From the UHGV virus genome UHGV-0259383: a stretch of DNA of 38,016 bases; one strand, given 5' to 3'. Within the stretch, counting starts at the first letter, position 1; every line of letters starts with the position of its first letter. Below, one piece after another: positions 36,623 to 38,016 of this stretch. Source of the stretch: a virus. The notes beneath the pieces were generated by a model. The model searched no databases, was not told the origin of the DNA, and saw only the letters and a list, made by a program, of their open reading frames with translations. The position numbers and the translations under genes are program-made.

Positions 36623-37317
36623 GTTATGCAGACGTGTAGTTTGCGGAGAAAAGAAGTTATGCGGACTGGGGACTGAAATTGGAGTCGATTAATTTATCCT
36701 TTCCGGAAGCAAAAGAGGAGCAGATTGATATTCCGGGAGCCAATGGTATTCTGGATCTGTCTGAAGTGAATGGTCAGATCTGCTATAAGAACCGGACACT
36801 GACGTTGGGATTTTCATTGATGGATGATTATGTGGAATGGCATGATCTGTGCAGCCAGATTGCCAGGGTACTGCATGGAAAAGCAATTAGGTGCATTCTT
36901 CCGGATGATCCCAATTATTACTATGATGGTCGTTTCTCTTTGCAGACTTCAAAAGGGAATGATGTGGATGCTGATTTTGTAATTATTGGAGATGTATATC
37001 CGTTCAAGTTAGAATGCTATACTGCTGCCGAAGATTGGCTCTGGGATACATTTTCTTTCGAACATGGGATTATTAGAGCATACAATGGGATTTCTGTTTC
37101 TGGTGAATCGACAGTAACTATAATTGGCTCAGATATGCCGGTTGTGCCAGAAATCACCTGCAGTGAAACGATGAATGTTGAGTTTGAGAATCAGACATTT
37201 CAATTAGCCAAAGGAATTAATAAAAATTATGATGTGATCCTTAAAGAGGGCGAAAATATCATGAAATTTACTGGAAACGGAACAGTAACGATTGATTTTC
37301 GAGGAGGTATTTTGTAA
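36619..37317 (+). CDS. Distal tail protein (Dit-like), interrupted by in-frame TAG at codon 7
   Basis: AAGGAG RBS and ATGA overlap at 36619. TAG at 36637-36639. Downstream 'SY.DWGL' and 'IPGANG.LD'. Confidence 0.8.
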
Positions 37318-38016
37318 TGTATCGAGTTGCCGTAGTTACCGATGGACAGGAATATCCGCTTTTAAACCAGATGCTCCGGTTACAAAATCCCGTGCTGAAA
37401 GAAAATGCCGGAAATACTCCAGGATATCTGAAATTTAAGATCACGCCCCAACATCCGCATTATGATAAAATACACCCACTTTCGTCAGAGGTGTTTGTTT
37501 ATGAGGATGGAGTAGAGATATTCCGGGGAAGGAGTATCACCAGCGAAGAGGAATTTAACCGGACTCATCAGCTTACCTGTGAGTCGGATCTGGCGTATTT
37601 GTGTGACAGTATTGTGCGACCGTTTGAATTTCAGGGAAGCATTGTGGAATTTATGACACAGATAGTAAACGGACATAATGCACAGGTCGAATCACGAAAA
37701 CAGTTCCTTCTTGGCCGTGTCAATGTGGTGGACAGCAATAATTATATTAACCGCAGTAATTCTGAGTACTCCTGTTCTCTGGATTGTCTGCGGGACAAGC
37801 TGGTAAAAACTCACGGCGGTTATCTCCGGACACGATATGAGGATGGGAAGCGTTATCTGGACTATCTTACGGACGGAGGCGGCATTAATGAGCAGGTGAT
37901 TCGTTATGGAGTCAATCTCGTGAATTACAGTAAGACCCAGGACGCAACGGAGTTATTTACGGCATTGATCCCGACAGGAGCAGATCTGGAAGAAACGAGT
38001 GCTGATGGTGGAATTA
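37317..38016 (+). CDS. N-terminal part of the Tal/tail spike protein (continues at base 1)
   Basis: GGAGG RBS, TAATG coupling and an open frame to the window end. Confidence 0.85.
   Translation, partial: MYRVAVVTDGQEYPLLNQMLRLQNPVLKENAGNTPGYLKFKITPQHPHYDKIHPLSSEVFVYEDGVEIFRGRSITSEEEFNRTHQLTCESDLAYLCDSIVRPFEFQGSIVEFMTQIVNGHNAQVESRKQFLLGRVNVVDSNNYINRSNSEYSCSLDCLRDKLVKTHGGYLRTRYEDGKRYLDYLTDGGGINEQVIRYGVNLVNYSKTQDATELFTALIPTGADLEETSADGGI

Larger units (their letters stand above)
1..38016. mobile_element. Complete temperate siphophage genome, excised/circular form, circularly permuted
   Basis: All phage modules are present. The ORF starting at 37317 runs off the end and continues in frame at base 1 (..GGA ATT A|CC ACG AAA..GTG27). 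attP has phage genes on both sides. Confidence 0.93.

Noticed and set aside
13040..36886. Many minus-strand and alternative-frame ORFs in the track
   Set aside because: They are shadows of well-supported plus-strand genes, with no RBS or recognisable motifs.
1..38016. Genome-wide TAG recoding
   Set aside because: TAG ends several genes normally (1244, 2189, 7710, 14900). Only one internal TAG was noticed, and there is no suppressor tRNA.

Overview
The window is an apparently complete, circularly permuted ~38 kb temperate siphophage genome from a Firmicutes host (probably Clostridia/Lachnospiraceae-like; this is inference from gene content). The last 700 nt join base 1 in frame within one 647-aa tail protein gene. 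An intact attP (3' half of tRNA-Thr(CGT) plus arm repeats) lies between the endolysin and the integrase. Module order is tail tip, tail fibre, lysis, attP/int/ImmA/cI, cro/xis/recombination/replication, late activator with tRNAs, packaging, head and tail. The most striking system is a multi-cassette tail-fibre shufflon at 1386-5340. A constant ~186-aa fibre N-terminus ends in the core TAAATAGCAA (encoding L-N-S). Seven such sites in both orientations each open an in-frame alternative C-terminus, and a dedicated tyrosine recombinase sits inside the array. Other notable elements are a complete Fst-like type I toxin-antitoxin locus inside the lysis cassette, a Panacea (DUF4065) antitoxin plus membrane-protein moron, and a tRNA-Ile(UAU) next to a degenerate tRNA-Tyr. 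There is also a minor capsid protein with a nuclease-like C-terminal extension and a small downstream partner, a Com-like zinc finger before a hairpin-occluded tape-measure start, an amber codon early in the distal tail gene, and two short antisense RNA units. All family assignments come from motif recognition by eye, not from database searches.
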